Below, one piece after another: positions 55,048 to 64,000 of a DNA stretch of 64,000 bases (within the stretch, counting starts at the first letter, position 1; each line of letters begins with the position of its first letter). The notes under the pieces are model-generated. The model was not told the DNA's origin. It was given only the letters and a program-made list of their open reading frames with translations, and ran no database searches. Origin of the DNA: a virus; IMG/VR virus record IMGVR_UViG_3300022902_000008; one strand, given 5' to 3'. The position numbers and the translations under genes were made by a program.

Positions 55048-56012
55048 GCAAAAGCAAAGAGATGGTTATGTTGATTGATGGATTATCTGAATTTATTAGA
55101 CATTTCACGGCTAATCCAACACAGTCAGCTATAACTGGAAATCATATTGGTGGTGCTTTTGGGTTCTTAAGAGCACTTTCTTATTTGACTTATAATATTA
55201 GGCCAAGCAAAATTATAATTGCATGGGATGGAAAGGATAGTTCAAAAAATAGAAGAAAGTTGTTGCCTGAATATAAAAATGGAAGAACACCATTGAGGTT
55301 GAATAGGTTTTATAAGGATGAAACTCCTGTTGAGGTTGAAGAGAATAAAAAATATCAACTGAGGTTATTGTTTTTATGCTTGAAGTGTTTACCAATCACA
55401 CAAGTTTTTTCTGATGGTTGTGAGGCTGATGACATTATTGCTTATTTATGTGCAAACAAGTTCAAAGATAACAAAAAGTTGATTGTGACAAATGATAAAG
55501 ATTTTTTTCAATTGCTCGACAACAAGACAATCATTTACAGAAGCATTAAAAGAGAGTATGTCACAAAGAAGCATTTGATCGAAGAGTTTAAGATTTTGCC
55601 AGAAAATTTCGCTATTGCAAAAGCTATAAATGGTGATAAATCTGACAACGTTACTGGTGTTCATGGCTTTGGGTTTAAGACTATTGCCAAGATGTTTCCT
55701 ATTTTAAGTGAAAAATATATATATATTAACGACTTTATTGAAACGGTAGAAGGTTTTGAAGAAAAAAACAAACTAATTGAACGTTTTTTGGAAGATAAAG
55801 AGGTCGTGAAAAATAATTATAGAGTGGTAGCATTAGACGGGGTGATATTAAAAAATTCTCAAATAGATCAGTTAGAATATTGCTTTGAAAAAGAGGTCGT
55901 GTATGATAAAATAAAGCTATTGAGATTGTTTAATGAGTATGGTTTTAATAAGTTTGGGTTTAATTGGCCAAATGTTTTCAATTATTTAATGGAGGTTAAA
56001 AATGGGGTTTGA
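55044..56012 (+). CDS. 5'-3' exonuclease/flap endonuclease (T4 RNase H / Pol I N-terminal-like)
   Basis: LIDG, AWDG, RRKLLPEYKNGR, EADDII, NDKDFFQL, GDKSDNVTGVHGFGFKT. Confidence 0.92.
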   Translation: MSKSKEMVMLIDGLSEFIRHFTANPTQSAITGNHIGGAFGFLRALSYLTYNIRPSKIIIAWDGKDSSKNRRKLLPEYKNGRTPLRLNRFYKDETPVEVEENKKYQLRLLFLCLKCLPITQVFSDGCEADDIIAYLCANKFKDNKKLIVTNDKDFFQLLDNKTIIYRSIKREYVTKKHLIEEFKILPENFAIAKAINGDKSDNVTGVHGFGFKTIAKMFPILSEKYIYINDFIETVEGFEEKNKLIERFLEDKEVVKNNYRVVALDGVILKNSQIDQLEYCFEKEVVYDKIKLLRLFNEYGFNKFGFNWPNVFNYLMEVKNGV

Positions 56013-56253
56013 TCATGATTATGATAAAGAACTAGTTGGGATTTTGAGTGAACGTTATAAGGATGTTAAGTTTGATATTGGTAGAAATGGTTTTCTTTAC
56101 GCAAATAGTATGTCAACTCAAGTAAGTTGGAAAAGTGCTGTTGATGACTTCAAAAAGGCTTACATTAACAAGAAGGTGCAATCTTGGTTGCATGACAACA
56201 TGAAGTTAATGGATGCTTATTTTTATAATGAAACAAATTCAGAACAACAGTAA
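56002..56253 (+). CDS. Hypothetical protein
   Basis: GGAGG RBS, 83 aa. Confidence 0.55.
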   Translation: MGFDHDYDKELVGILSERYKDVKFDIGRNGFLYANSMSTQVSWKSAVDDFKKAYINKKVQSWLHDNMKLMDAYFYNETNSEQQ

Positions 56254-56264
56254 AGTTATAAATA

Positions 56265-57683
56265 ATGTCAGAAAACAATAATAATAATAATGTTGATTTT
56301 TCTTCTTTTGGGCCAACGTTTCAAAAGAAGATTGTTCAAGCATTAATTGTTGATCCAAAGTTTGCTGAGCAGTTGGTTGACATTCTTAATGTTAATTTTT
56401 TTGTTTTACAATATTTAAAAGTTATTGTTGATAAATATTTTAGTTATTATACAAAATATAATGCATTTCCATCATTTCAATTGTTATGTACAATTATTAA
56501 AGATGAGGTTGGTTCTGAAGGCGAGGAAGGTTTGGTCAAAAAAGAGATTTTATCTTATTTTGTTGACATAAAGACCCAGCCTTTAAATGGTGATTTGCAG
56601 TATGTTAAAGATAAGGCTTTGGAGTTTTGTAAGAGTCAGTCATTGAAAAATGCTATGTTCGAAGTAGTTGATATGATGGATAAAATGGATTATGAAAACA
56701 TTGTATCAACTATTAAAAAAGCCATTGATGTAGGGGGAGAAACGGACTATGGCCATGAGTATAGTGAGCGATTAGAGGACAGGCTTTCAGAAGATAATGT
56801 GGAAACTGTTGCGACTGGCTTTGATGTTTTGGATGATAAGAATATTTTAAATGGTGGGCTGGCAAGGGGAGAGTTGGGTATTGTTATTGCGCCTACAGGT
56901 GTTGGCAAATCAAATATGCTGGCAATATTAGCAGCTAATGCAATGAGGCAAGGGCTAAATGTGGTTTATTTTACATTTGAGTTGTCTGAAAAAGATGTTG
57001 GTCGAAGGTTTGATGCCAACTTTTCTGGAATCCCGCAAAATGAATTAAAAGATTTCAAAGAAAGTGTTAAAGAGAAGGTAAGTCAAAAAAGAGGGAGACT
57101 TTTTATTAAATTTTTTCCAACAAAAAGTGCAACCACCAACACCTTAAGATCTTATATTGACAAGTTAGCAATAAAGAACTTTAAATGTGACTTGCTAGTT
57201 TTGGATTATGCGGACACAATGAAGGGAACAAGATATACAGACACAAAAAGATTTGAACTTGAGGCAATTTATGAGGATTTAAGGAACTTGGCAGGTGAAT
57301 TACAAATTCCACTATGGACTGCTAGTCAAAGCAATCGCTCTGGATACAATGATGAAATACTTGAGATTGATAAGGCACATGAAAGTTTTGCAAAAACAAT
57401 GGTTGCAGATGTTATCATTACGTTAACAAGAAGGTTAAAAGATAGGGCAAACAATATGGGCAAGCTTTATATTGGCAAATCTAGAAGAGGCAGAGATGGG
57501 CTTGTGTTTCCTATTATGCTAGATACAGCAACAGTTAGGGCTGAGATTTATAATAAGTTAGATCAAAGTCTTGTTGAAAAAATGATGAACAAAGGCGAAC
57601 AAGGTGTTGATATGAAAGAGGTGTTAAAAAGTAATAGTGTTCAGGAAGCCTTTGCAGAATTAAGGAACAAAAATAACAAATAA
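56265..57683 (+). CDS. DnaB-like replicative helicase
   Basis: GGLARGEL..IAPTGVGKS, FELSE, LDYAD, WTASQSNR, KSRRG. Confidence 0.92.
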   Translation: MSENNNNNNVDFSSFGPTFQKKIVQALIVDPKFAEQLVDILNVNFFVLQYLKVIVDKYFSYYTKYNAFPSFQLLCTIIKDEVGSEGEEGLVKKEILSYFVDIKTQPLNGDLQYVKDKALEFCKSQSLKNAMFEVVDMMDKMDYENIVSTIKKAIDVGGETDYGHEYSERLEDRLSEDNVETVATGFDVLDDKNILNGGLARGELGIVIAPTGVGKSNMLAILAANAMRQGLNVVYFTFELSEKDVGRRFDANFSGIPQNELKDFKESVKEKVSQKRGRLFIKFFPTKSATTNTLRSYIDKLAIKNFKCDLLVLDYADTMKGTRYTDTKRFELEAIYEDLRNLAGELQIPLWTASQSNRSGYNDEILEIDKAHESFAKTMVADVIITLTRRLKDRANNMGKLYIGKSRRGRDGLVFPIMLDTATVRAEIYNKLDQSLVEKMMNKGEQGVDMKEVLKSNSVQEAFAELRNKNNK

Positions 57684-57700
57684 ATTGGAGAAGAGTTTTA

Positions 57701-60565
57701 ATGTTAAGAACATATACTGAAGTTGAAGTTAAAGAAGCCACTTTAGATTATTTTAATGGTGATGAGCTTGCTGCAAATGTTTGGATCAACAAATATTGCT
57801 TAAAAGATAAAGACAATAATTTTTTAGAAAAAACACCAGATGATACACATAAAAGGCTCGCAAAAGAATTCGCTAGAATTGAAAATAAATATAAAAATGC
57901 ATTGCCTGAAAAAGATATCTATGAATTAATTAAGAACTTTAAGTATGTGGTTCCGCAAGGTGGCCCGATGAGTGGAGTTGGCAACAAGTATAAAGTACAA
58001 AGCTTGGGCAATTGTTTTGTTTTAAATTCTCCATTTGATAGTTATGGTGGAATTTTACAAACTGATCAAGAAATTGTACAAATTGCAAAAAGACGTGGTG
58101 GTGTTGGTTTTGATATTAGCACAATAAGACCGAAAGGAGCTAATGTTAACAACTCAGCAAACACTTCTGACGGTCTTGCTTTGTTTGTTGAACGTTATTC
58201 TAATTCGATTGGTGAAGTGGCCCAAGGTGGACGAAGGGGAGCGGGCTTAATTAGCTGCTCGATCCATCATCCAGACATCTTAGACTTTGTTACCCTTAAA
58301 AAAGATCTTAGAAAGGCTACCAACGTAAATTTATCTGTTAGGCTAACGAATGAGTTTATGGAAGCAGTCAAAAATAATACATCTTATGAACTAAGGTTTC
58401 CAGTTGGCAGCGATACACCAATAATTAAAAAAATGGTAGATGCAGTTGATGTTTGGGGTGAGCTAATCAAGTCTGCCTGGAAGTGTGGGGAGCCTGGAGT
58501 ATTTTTTTGGGACACAATACTTGACAATTCTCCAGCAGATGCATATGAAAAATTTAGAACTGTTTGCTCCAACCCTTGTGTTTCCGGTGACGCTATTGTA
58601 ATTACTGATATTGGTAACAAAACAATAAAGGAACTCGCTGATGCAGAAACTATATTTAAGGTTTTAAGCTTCAATGAAAGCAATAATGGGCTAGAATTCA
58701 AAGTAGCACATGCGTTTAAAACAAAAGATGAAAAAAAAATTATTGCAATTGAGCTTGAAAATGGTTCGACATTAAAATTAACATATGATCATAAAGTGTT
58801 TGTTTATAACAATGGATGGGTTAAAGCTAAGAAATTAAGAAAGAATGATGAAATAATTATATCAAATGGTGTTTCTAGAATAAAAGACATAAAAAGTCTT
58901 AATGAAAAAATTGAAGTCTATGATCTTAGTGTAAATGATAATAACAATTATTTTGCCAATGGTATGTTGGTTCATAATTGTGGTGAAATTTTTATGGGTG
59001 CTGGTGCAAGTTGTATATTAACTTTGCTCAACTTAAAATCATTTGTAAAAAATCAATTTAAAGAAGATGCTTACTTTGATTTCGAAATGTTTACAGAAAA
59101 GGTTCAATTGGCAACAAGGCTTTTGGATGACTTGGTTGATCTTGAATTAGAAAAAATAGATCAAATTATTGAAAAAGTAACTCTTGATCCTGAGCCTTCG
59201 TTTATTACAGAAACAGAAGTTAATTTATGGGAAAATATTAAAAGCATATTAGCTGAAAGTAGGCGAGTAGGGTTGGGCATTACTGCCCTTGGAGATGTTT
59301 TTGCATTTTTAAATTTAGATTATGGGTCAGATGAATCTATTAGCTTGACTGAAAAAATTTATAAGGCACTTTCTATCAACTCCTACAAGGCTAGTTGTAT
59401 TTTGGCAAAAGAAAGAGGCCCATTTCCAGCGTTTGACGCAAGTGTCGAAAAGAACAATAGTTTTATTAGCAAGGTATTAAATGAAGATAAGGGGTTATAT
59501 GATTTATATAATAAACATGGTAGAAGAAACATAGCCTTAACAACAACCCCACCAGCAGGTTCTGTAAGTTGTGAAACACAAAGCACTTCTGGTATTGAAC
59601 CTGTATTTAAGTTGTCATATAAAAGACGAAGAAAAATTGGGCAAGGGGAAAATGCCAAGGTTGCTTTTATTGATGATTTTGGTACTGAGTGGGAAGAATA
59701 TGAAGTTGAGCATTTTGGGTTAGTACAATGGAAGCATGTTTCTGGCTTAAATGATACAGAGAAGTCCCCTTATTATAATTCAACTTCAGATAAAATTGAG
59801 CCAATTAAAAAGGTTATGCTTCAATCGGCTGCCCAAAGATGGGTATGTCACTCTATATCAAACACAACAAACCTCTTAAAGACGGCAAGTGTTAATGATG
59901 TTAATGATATTTATATGATGGGTTGGCAAAGTGGTTGTAAGGGGATGACTGTTTATAGAGATGGTTCTAGGAGTGGAGTGCTTGTTTCAAAGGATGAGGA
60001 GAAAGAAAATAAATTTACACAATGTAACGCACCAAAAAGACTAAAGGAGTTAGTTTGTGATATACACTCTACTTCTATTGTAGGCGAACAGTATATTGTA
60101 TTGGTTGGTTTATATAATAACAAACCATATGAATTATTTTCAGGGCTACAAAATAAAATTAAAATACCTAGAAAATATAAGACTGGAAAGATAGTGAAAA
60201 ACTCTAAAAAAACCATTAGATCAACATATGACTTGATTGTTGGTGAAGGGGATGATGAGCTTGTAGTTTCAGATATTGTTGAACAGTTTGACAATAGCAA
60301 TAACTTGTCTCTATGTAGAATGGTTTCATTGTCGTTAAGACATGGAGCTAGCCCTAAATATGTTGTGGAACAATTGCAAAAAAACAAAGATTCAGATTTT
60401 TATTCTTTCACAAAGGGGTTGGCAAGAATTGTAAAGGGATATATATCTGATGGAGAGTCTGCTAATGGAATGTTAAAGGCTTGTCCTGATTGTGGACAGG
60501 AAGATGGTCTTGTTTATCAGGGTGGATGCATTCAGTGTTCTTGTGGCTGGTCTAAATGTGATTAA
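57701..60565 (+). CDS. nrdJ: Class II (adenosylcobalamin-dependent) ribonucleotide reductase with mini-intein
   Basis: SLGNCFV, GGVG, QGGRRGA, EPG, NPC[intein]GEI, RRVGLG, PAGSVS, SGIEP, YRDGSR, C-terminal Zn ribbon; no beta-subunit gene nearby. Confidence 0.88.
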   Translation: MLRTYTEVEVKEATLDYFNGDELAANVWINKYCLKDKDNNFLEKTPDDTHKRLAKEFARIENKYKNALPEKDIYELIKNFKYVVPQGGPMSGVGNKYKVQSLGNCFVLNSPFDSYGGILQTDQEIVQIAKRRGGVGFDISTIRPKGANVNNSANTSDGLALFVERYSNSIGEVAQGGRRGAGLISCSIHHPDILDFVTLKKDLRKATNVNLSVRLTNEFMEAVKNNTSYELRFPVGSDTPIIKKMVDAVDVWGELIKSAWKCGEPGVFFWDTILDNSPADAYEKFRTVCSNPCVSGDAIVITDIGNKTIKELADAETIFKVLSFNESNNGLEFKVAHAFKTKDEKKIIAIELENGSTLKLTYDHKVFVYNNGWVKAKKLRKNDEIIISNGVSRIKDIKSLNEKIEVYDLSVNDNNNYFANGMLVHNCGEIFMGAGASCILTLLNLKSFVKNQFKEDAYFDFEMFTEKVQLATRLLDDLVDLELEKIDQIIEKVTLDPEPSFITETEVNLWENIKSILAESRRVGLGITALGDVFAFLNLDYGSDESISLTEKIYKALSINSYKASCILAKERGPFPAFDASVEKNNSFISKVLNEDKGLYDLYNKHGRRNIALTTTPPAGSVSCETQSTSGIEPVFKLSYKRRRKIGQGENAKVAFIDDFGTEWEEYEVEHFGLVQWKHVSGLNDTEKSPYYNSTSDKIEPIKKVMLQSAAQRWVCHSISNTTNLLKTASVNDVNDIYMMGWQSGCKGMTVYRDGSRSGVLVSKDEEKENKFTQCNAPKRLKELVCDIHSTSIVGEQYIVLVGLYNNKPYELFSGLQNKIKIPRKYKTGKIVKNSKKTIRSTYDLIVGEGDDELVVSDIVEQFDNSNNLSLCRMVSLSLRHGASPKYVVEQLQKNKDSDFYSFTKGLARIVKGYISDGESANGMLKACPDCGQEDGLVYQGGCIQCSCGWSKCD
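58577..58978 (+). mobile_element. Mini-intein (134 aa) at RNR catalytic Cys
   Basis: NP/CVSGD...TYDHK...VYDLSV...ANGMLVHN/CGE. Confidence 0.92.
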
Positions 60566-60569
60566 TTGC

Positions 60570-60598
60570 TTTAGTTTTTAACTAGGTCGTGGTATATT
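60570..60598 (+). promoter_or_regulatory. sigma70-like promoter after nrdJ
   Basis: TTTAGT-17 bp-TATATT with TGn. Confidence 0.45.
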
Positions 60599-60636
60599 AT
60601 TGTTAGTTTAAGGGTTTAAAATGATAGAAAGGGTTT

Positions 60637-60912
60637 TTGAATATGATAGATAATATAAGAAGGTTTTTAACTCCTAAAGAATATCATGATTTCTATAGGG
60701 AAATGGATGATAGGTTTCGTCATATGCCGATCACTCTTCAGCTAGAATCAACAGCAAACCAATTTGTTAATAATTATTTTAAATCATATTGCCCCAACTT
60801 ATTTAATTATTATTCTTGTGAGGTAAGGATTGATGAGTATGGAGTTTTCCAAATGTGCTTTTTAGAAAAGGATCGTTTAGTTAAACATATAAAAATGGAG
60901 ATTGAAGTATGA
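60637..60912 (+). CDS. Hypothetical protein
   Basis: 91-aa ORF, ATGA-coupled to next gene. Confidence 0.55.
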   Translation: MNMIDNIRRFLTPKEYHDFYREMDDRFRHMPITLQLESTANQFVNNYFKSYCPNLFNYYSCEVRIDEYGVFQMCFLEKDRLVKHIKMEIEV

Positions 60913-61424
60913 ATAAAAGTATTGAACTTAGTAGGACTTGGGCTATGCCTTCTATTTGGACATTTAATGTTAAGCCTATAAAGCAATTAATAGATAAATA
61001 TGTTCCAAATAATAACAATTGGGCAGATCCATTTGCTGGTAATAATAGCCCATGTAATATTACAAATGATATCGAAAAGAACAATCGTAATGCTGTATAT
61101 AATCTTGACGCATTAGATTTTTTAAAACAGCTAGATAGGGGTTCTGTGGATGGTGTTTTGTTTGATCCCCCATATTCTGTTGAACAATGTCTTAGGAGAT
61201 ATACACCAAAACATAATGGTACGGCAGGAAGAGCAGAATATTGGGCTAAGTGTAAAGATGAGATAGCTAGAATAATAAAACCGGGAGGTTTATGTATATC
61301 GTTTTGTTGGGATAGTACTGGTGTTGGTAAAAAGAGGGGTTTTGAAATTAAAGAAATCATGATTGTTTGTCATGGAGCATGTCATAATGATACAATAATT
61401 ACTATAGATAAAAAAATAAAATAG
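60909..61424 (+). CDS. Small amino-DNA methyltransferase (N6A/N4C type)
   Basis: ADPFAG SAM-binding motif and FDPPYS catalytic motif. Confidence 0.8.
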   Translation: MNKSIELSRTWAMPSIWTFNVKPIKQLIDKYVPNNNNWADPFAGNNSPCNITNDIEKNNRNAVYNLDALDFLKQLDRGSVDGVLFDPPYSVEQCLRRYTPKHNGTAGRAEYWAKCKDEIARIIKPGGLCISFCWDSTGVGKKRGFEIKEIMIVCHGACHNDTIITIDKKIK

Positions 61425-61437
61425 ATTAGGAGGCTTT

Positions 61438-61725
61438 ATGAAGTATTCAAGTATGGATGTTGAGCTTATGTTAAATAAAATTTTAACATTGCCTGATAAT
61501 GATTTTTTGTCTCAAGATGAAATGATGAGATTAGAAACTATGTTAGGTGATTTGATGGGGATTAATAAAAATAAACATGATGATGGTGAAAATGCAGAAG
61601 GTTATAAAGAAATAATTGAAGAAACGTTAGATAGGCTATATGACTGTCAAGGGTATGTTGGTAGCATAGAGAGAGAGGTAGATGATGTTATTTATTGTTT
61701 AAAAAAAGCTGTGAAGGAGAAATAA
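61438..61725 (+). CDS. Hypothetical protein
   Basis: AGGAGG RBS. Confidence 0.6.
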   Translation: MKYSSMDVELMLNKILTLPDNDFLSQDEMMRLETMLGDLMGINKNKHDDGENAEGYKEIIEETLDRLYDCQGYVGSIEREVDDVIYCLKKAVKEK

Positions 61726-61726
61726 A

Positions 61727-61927
61727 ATGAAATATATTGTTGATATTACATATAAAGCTGTAGATAAAAAAACAAAAAAGAAGAAGCAAGAAAATAGAAA
61801 GTTTAATGTTGTTGGGAGTGGTAAGGATGAGGTTGTGGAGTGGGTGTATAAACAAATGGAAGTTTTAAATGTGAGCAAAAAAAATGTTGTTAGTGTGGAA
61901 GTTGTTGAGGAAGAGTTAAATGGATAA
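61727..61927 (+). CDS. Hypothetical protein
   Basis: AAGGAG RBS, 66 aa. Confidence 0.55.
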   Translation: MKYIVDITYKAVDKKTKKKKQENRKFNVVGSGKDEVVEWVYKQMEVLNVSKKNVVSVEVVEEELNG

Positions 61928-63293
61928 TAATAAGAATATAATCAGAAGTCCCGCAGACAAAAAGTATAGTTATAGTACAGAAAAACAAGACTTAGACACA
62001 AGTGCTAATCTTAATTTTGAGTTTTTTTGTTCGTCTGACTCAAAGTTGCCAGTCAACTATGAAGTTTTAAGACATGAATATTATAGAGGTTTTATTGAGG
62101 ACTATTTAGGTTCTACTGATTATATTATAGCTAGGATCCCAGAGACAATATTTAGAACCAAACACTTCAAGTTAGACAATAATGTGTTTGGTATATATAA
62201 AAAATATAGCGTTTTTAATGATAAGGTCATAAGTGTTGATAATAATATTCCGGCACCATTATCTTGTTATACTGTTTTTGATAGTAATATCAAGTTGGTT
62301 TTATTAGAAAGTCAAAATTTACTAAATGATAATGATGAGGATGATCGTTATTATGATGATTATAATGATTATTGTGTAGTTGGTGCAATTGATAAAAATG
62401 ACTTTGTTAAGTTTGATAATGAATTAAAGAACTTAAACCTTAAAGTTGAGAAATATAAAAACAGTTCATTTGACCCAATGTACCTTACAGATGAAACTTC
62501 TATTATTAAAAAAGATATAGATTTTTTTACTAACAATAGAAGTTGGTTTGATCAAAAAAATATTCCTTACAAAAGGTCGTATTTATTTTATGGGCCTCCT
62601 GGAAATGGTAAGAGTCTGTTTATTAGTTGTTTGTCCAAGTTTTTATGTACAAAGCCTAAAACATTTGATTTTTCGGCAGCGTTAGACGCACCTGACACAG
62701 AGTTTATTAGGTGGTTGCATGGTAATAGTAATAATAATAGAAGAAGAGATAGTAATGCCCCTGCATCTTTAAATATGTCATCAATAAGCATGGCAAACAA
62801 AGGTGGCACAAATGTTAAGTTGTACATTTTGGAAGACATTGATAGGATGTTTGACAAAGAACAAAAAGTTAATGTTAGCTTAGCCGCACTCCTGAACGGC
62901 CTTGATGGGGCAAATAAAATAAAAAACTCTATTATTGTTGCAACGGCAAATAGGCCAGAGTTACTAGATAAGACTGTGTTGTTAAGGCCAGGAAGGTTTG
63001 ATAGGAGGATTAAATTTGATTGTCCTAGTGAGGAAAATGCATATAAGTTTTTAAAAAACAAGTTTAAAGGTGAGCGGGTTTCTGGTAATATGATTAAAGA
63101 TGTTGTTGGAAGATTGAAGGGTCATAGTTTTTCATTGTTAAATGAAATTTATATTTCTTCAATTGTTTCCACTTTTGACTTGAACAGAAAGAGGGCTACA
63201 GATTCTGATCTTAAAAAGGCTGTTCAAGAACACACTTATTTCTTAAATGAAATAAAAAATGTTAAAAAGGAAAAAACTGGCTTTGGAATTTAA
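61920..63293 (+). CDS. AAA+ ATPase (BCS1-like)
   Basis: PYKRSYLFYGPPGNGKS, LEDID, LLNGLDG, ATANRPELLD...RPGRFD. Confidence 0.9.
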   Translation: MDNNKNIIRSPADKKYSYSTEKQDLDTSANLNFEFFCSSDSKLPVNYEVLRHEYYRGFIEDYLGSTDYIIARIPETIFRTKHFKLDNNVFGIYKKYSVFNDKVISVDNNIPAPLSCYTVFDSNIKLVLLESQNLLNDNDEDDRYYDDYNDYCVVGAIDKNDFVKFDNELKNLNLKVEKYKNSSFDPMYLTDETSIIKKDIDFFTNNRSWFDQKNIPYKRSYLFYGPPGNGKSLFISCLSKFLCTKPKTFDFSAALDAPDTEFIRWLHGNSNNNRRRDSNAPASLNMSSISMANKGGTNVKLYILEDIDRMFDKEQKVNVSLAALLNGLDGANKIKNSIIVATANRPELLDKTVLLRPGRFDRRIKFDCPSEENAYKFLKNKFKGERVSGNMIKDVVGRLKGHSFSLLNEIYISSIVSTFDLNRKRATDSDLKKAVQEHTYFLNEIKNVKKEKTGFGI

Positions 63294-63317
63294 TTGACTT
63301 AAAATGGAGGTTTTAAA

Positions 63318-63605
63318 ATGACAGAAGAAATTATGGAGATGGTAGAGAAATCAGAGGGCGCAGTGGATCTTGAGGCAGTAAGAGAGTTTATCGAAAGACT
63401 TTTTACATTAGAGCAAGAAGTTATTGGCCTAAGAGAAGATCGCAAGGTTCTTAAGGCTGAATATAAGGAACGCATCCCGATGAAGATGGTAAGTAATATT
63501 ATTAAGATTGTAAAGGCTAAGCTTGCTATTGAGAATGCATCTCTGGAAACAATTGAAGAAGTAGAAGATATTGTTAAAGATAAAATTGGAATGATTATTG
63601 ATTGA
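63318..63605 (+). CDS. GapR (DUF2312)/T4 DsbA-like DNA-binding protein
   Basis: VREFIERLFTLEQEVIGLREDRKVLKAEYK coiled-coil pattern. Confidence 0.55.
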   Translation: MTEEIMEMVEKSEGAVDLEAVREFIERLFTLEQEVIGLREDRKVLKAEYKERIPMKMVSNIIKIVKAKLAIENASLETIEEVEDIVKDKIGMIID

Positions 63606-63625
63606 TTAGGGGGAAGGCTAAATAA

Positions 63626-64000
63626 ATGAATAAGCAATGTTATTGTTGTAACTTAAGTACAACAGGTGAGCATGAAAACTGTTGCCCCATGCATTCTGAT
63701 AATTTGGAGAGTGAAATGTGTGGAAATATAATCTACGGATGGTGTTGTCCTATTTGTAAAAGAGTTTATGGCCCAAATAAGCTACAGTGTCTTGATTGCA
63801 ATATGGAGCCTGAATTAAAAAGGCGACAGGAGGAAGGTGGGGCAGTTGTTCCTAGCTGTTGGTCAACAGACAATGTTGGCTTAGGTGAGACAAAGTGGGA
63901 GTTTTTTTATACTGAGGATGAACATTATAATCTTTGCTCAACAAGTGATATTAACATAAGTCCATTTAATGTTTTTCTAACAAAAGACTATTTGGAGGGG
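63626..64000 (+). CDS. Cys-rich Zn-ribbon hypothetical protein (runs off window)
   Basis: MNKQCYCC...GWCCPICKRVYGP...CLDC; no stop before 64000. Confidence 0.55.
   Translation, partial: MNKQCYCCNLSTTGEHENCCPMHSDNLESEMCGNIIYGWCCPICKRVYGPNKLQCLDCNMEPELKRRQEEGGAVVPSCWSTDNVGLGETKWEFFYTEDEHYNLCSTSDINISPFNVFLTKDYLEG

Noticed and set aside
357-63637. Many minus-strand and nested ORFs in the six-frame track (e.g. 11774-12382, 30465-31160, 60881-61360)
   Set aside because: Antisense shadows of well-supported + strand genes, with no motifs or RBS
1-64000. Stop-codon reassignment as in some jumbo phages
   Set aside because: Conserved genes are full length in code 11, and TAA, TAG and TGA all terminate genes; the small ORFs have their own RBS or ATGA coupling
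1-64000. tRNA, rRNA or group I/II introns
   Set aside because: Intergenic gaps are short and AT-rich with no cloverleaf or intron core seen by eye; a tRNAscan/Infernal run would be decisive

Overview
AT-rich fragment of a large (jumbo-type) contractile-tailed dsDNA phage, read in the standard genetic code and almost entirely on the + strand. 1-22.5 kb is a late/structural block (gp14-like neck, gp15-like tail terminator, two tandem tail sheaths, tail tube, two free-standing endonucleases). It is interleaved with about 14 genes that share an N-terminal amphipathic leader ending in (L/I)-x-E, probably a capsid-targeting/prohead-protease signal. Seven of these (plus a partial eighth paralogue at the left edge) form a modular family: leader + DPSGNNKYLxWM domain + Cys-bearing CxYGxxTxWC domain + an exchangeable C-terminal repeat array (HEAT/LRV-like or 23-aa WYLNG..HRxDGPA). 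Another cargo is an R-S-E ADP-ribosyltransferase. 22.6-26.4 kb and 46.2-55 kb are early-gene islands with repeated GGTTAACAAA-type sigma70-like promoters and about 25 small paralogous GxxVW...YxG proteins. 26.4-39.9 kb holds the tail/baseplate chaperone pair (possible frameshift), tape measure and baseplate genes. 39.9-64 kb is replication and metabolism: compact family A DNA polymerase, HD protein, SSB, RecA with mini-intein, DnaK, 5'-3' exonuclease, DnaB-like helicase, class II RNR with mini-intein, methyltransferase, AAA ATPase and a GapR/DsbA-like protein. No tRNA, rRNA, CRISPR array or reverse transcriptase was seen. All calls come from motif reading by eye, with no database searches.
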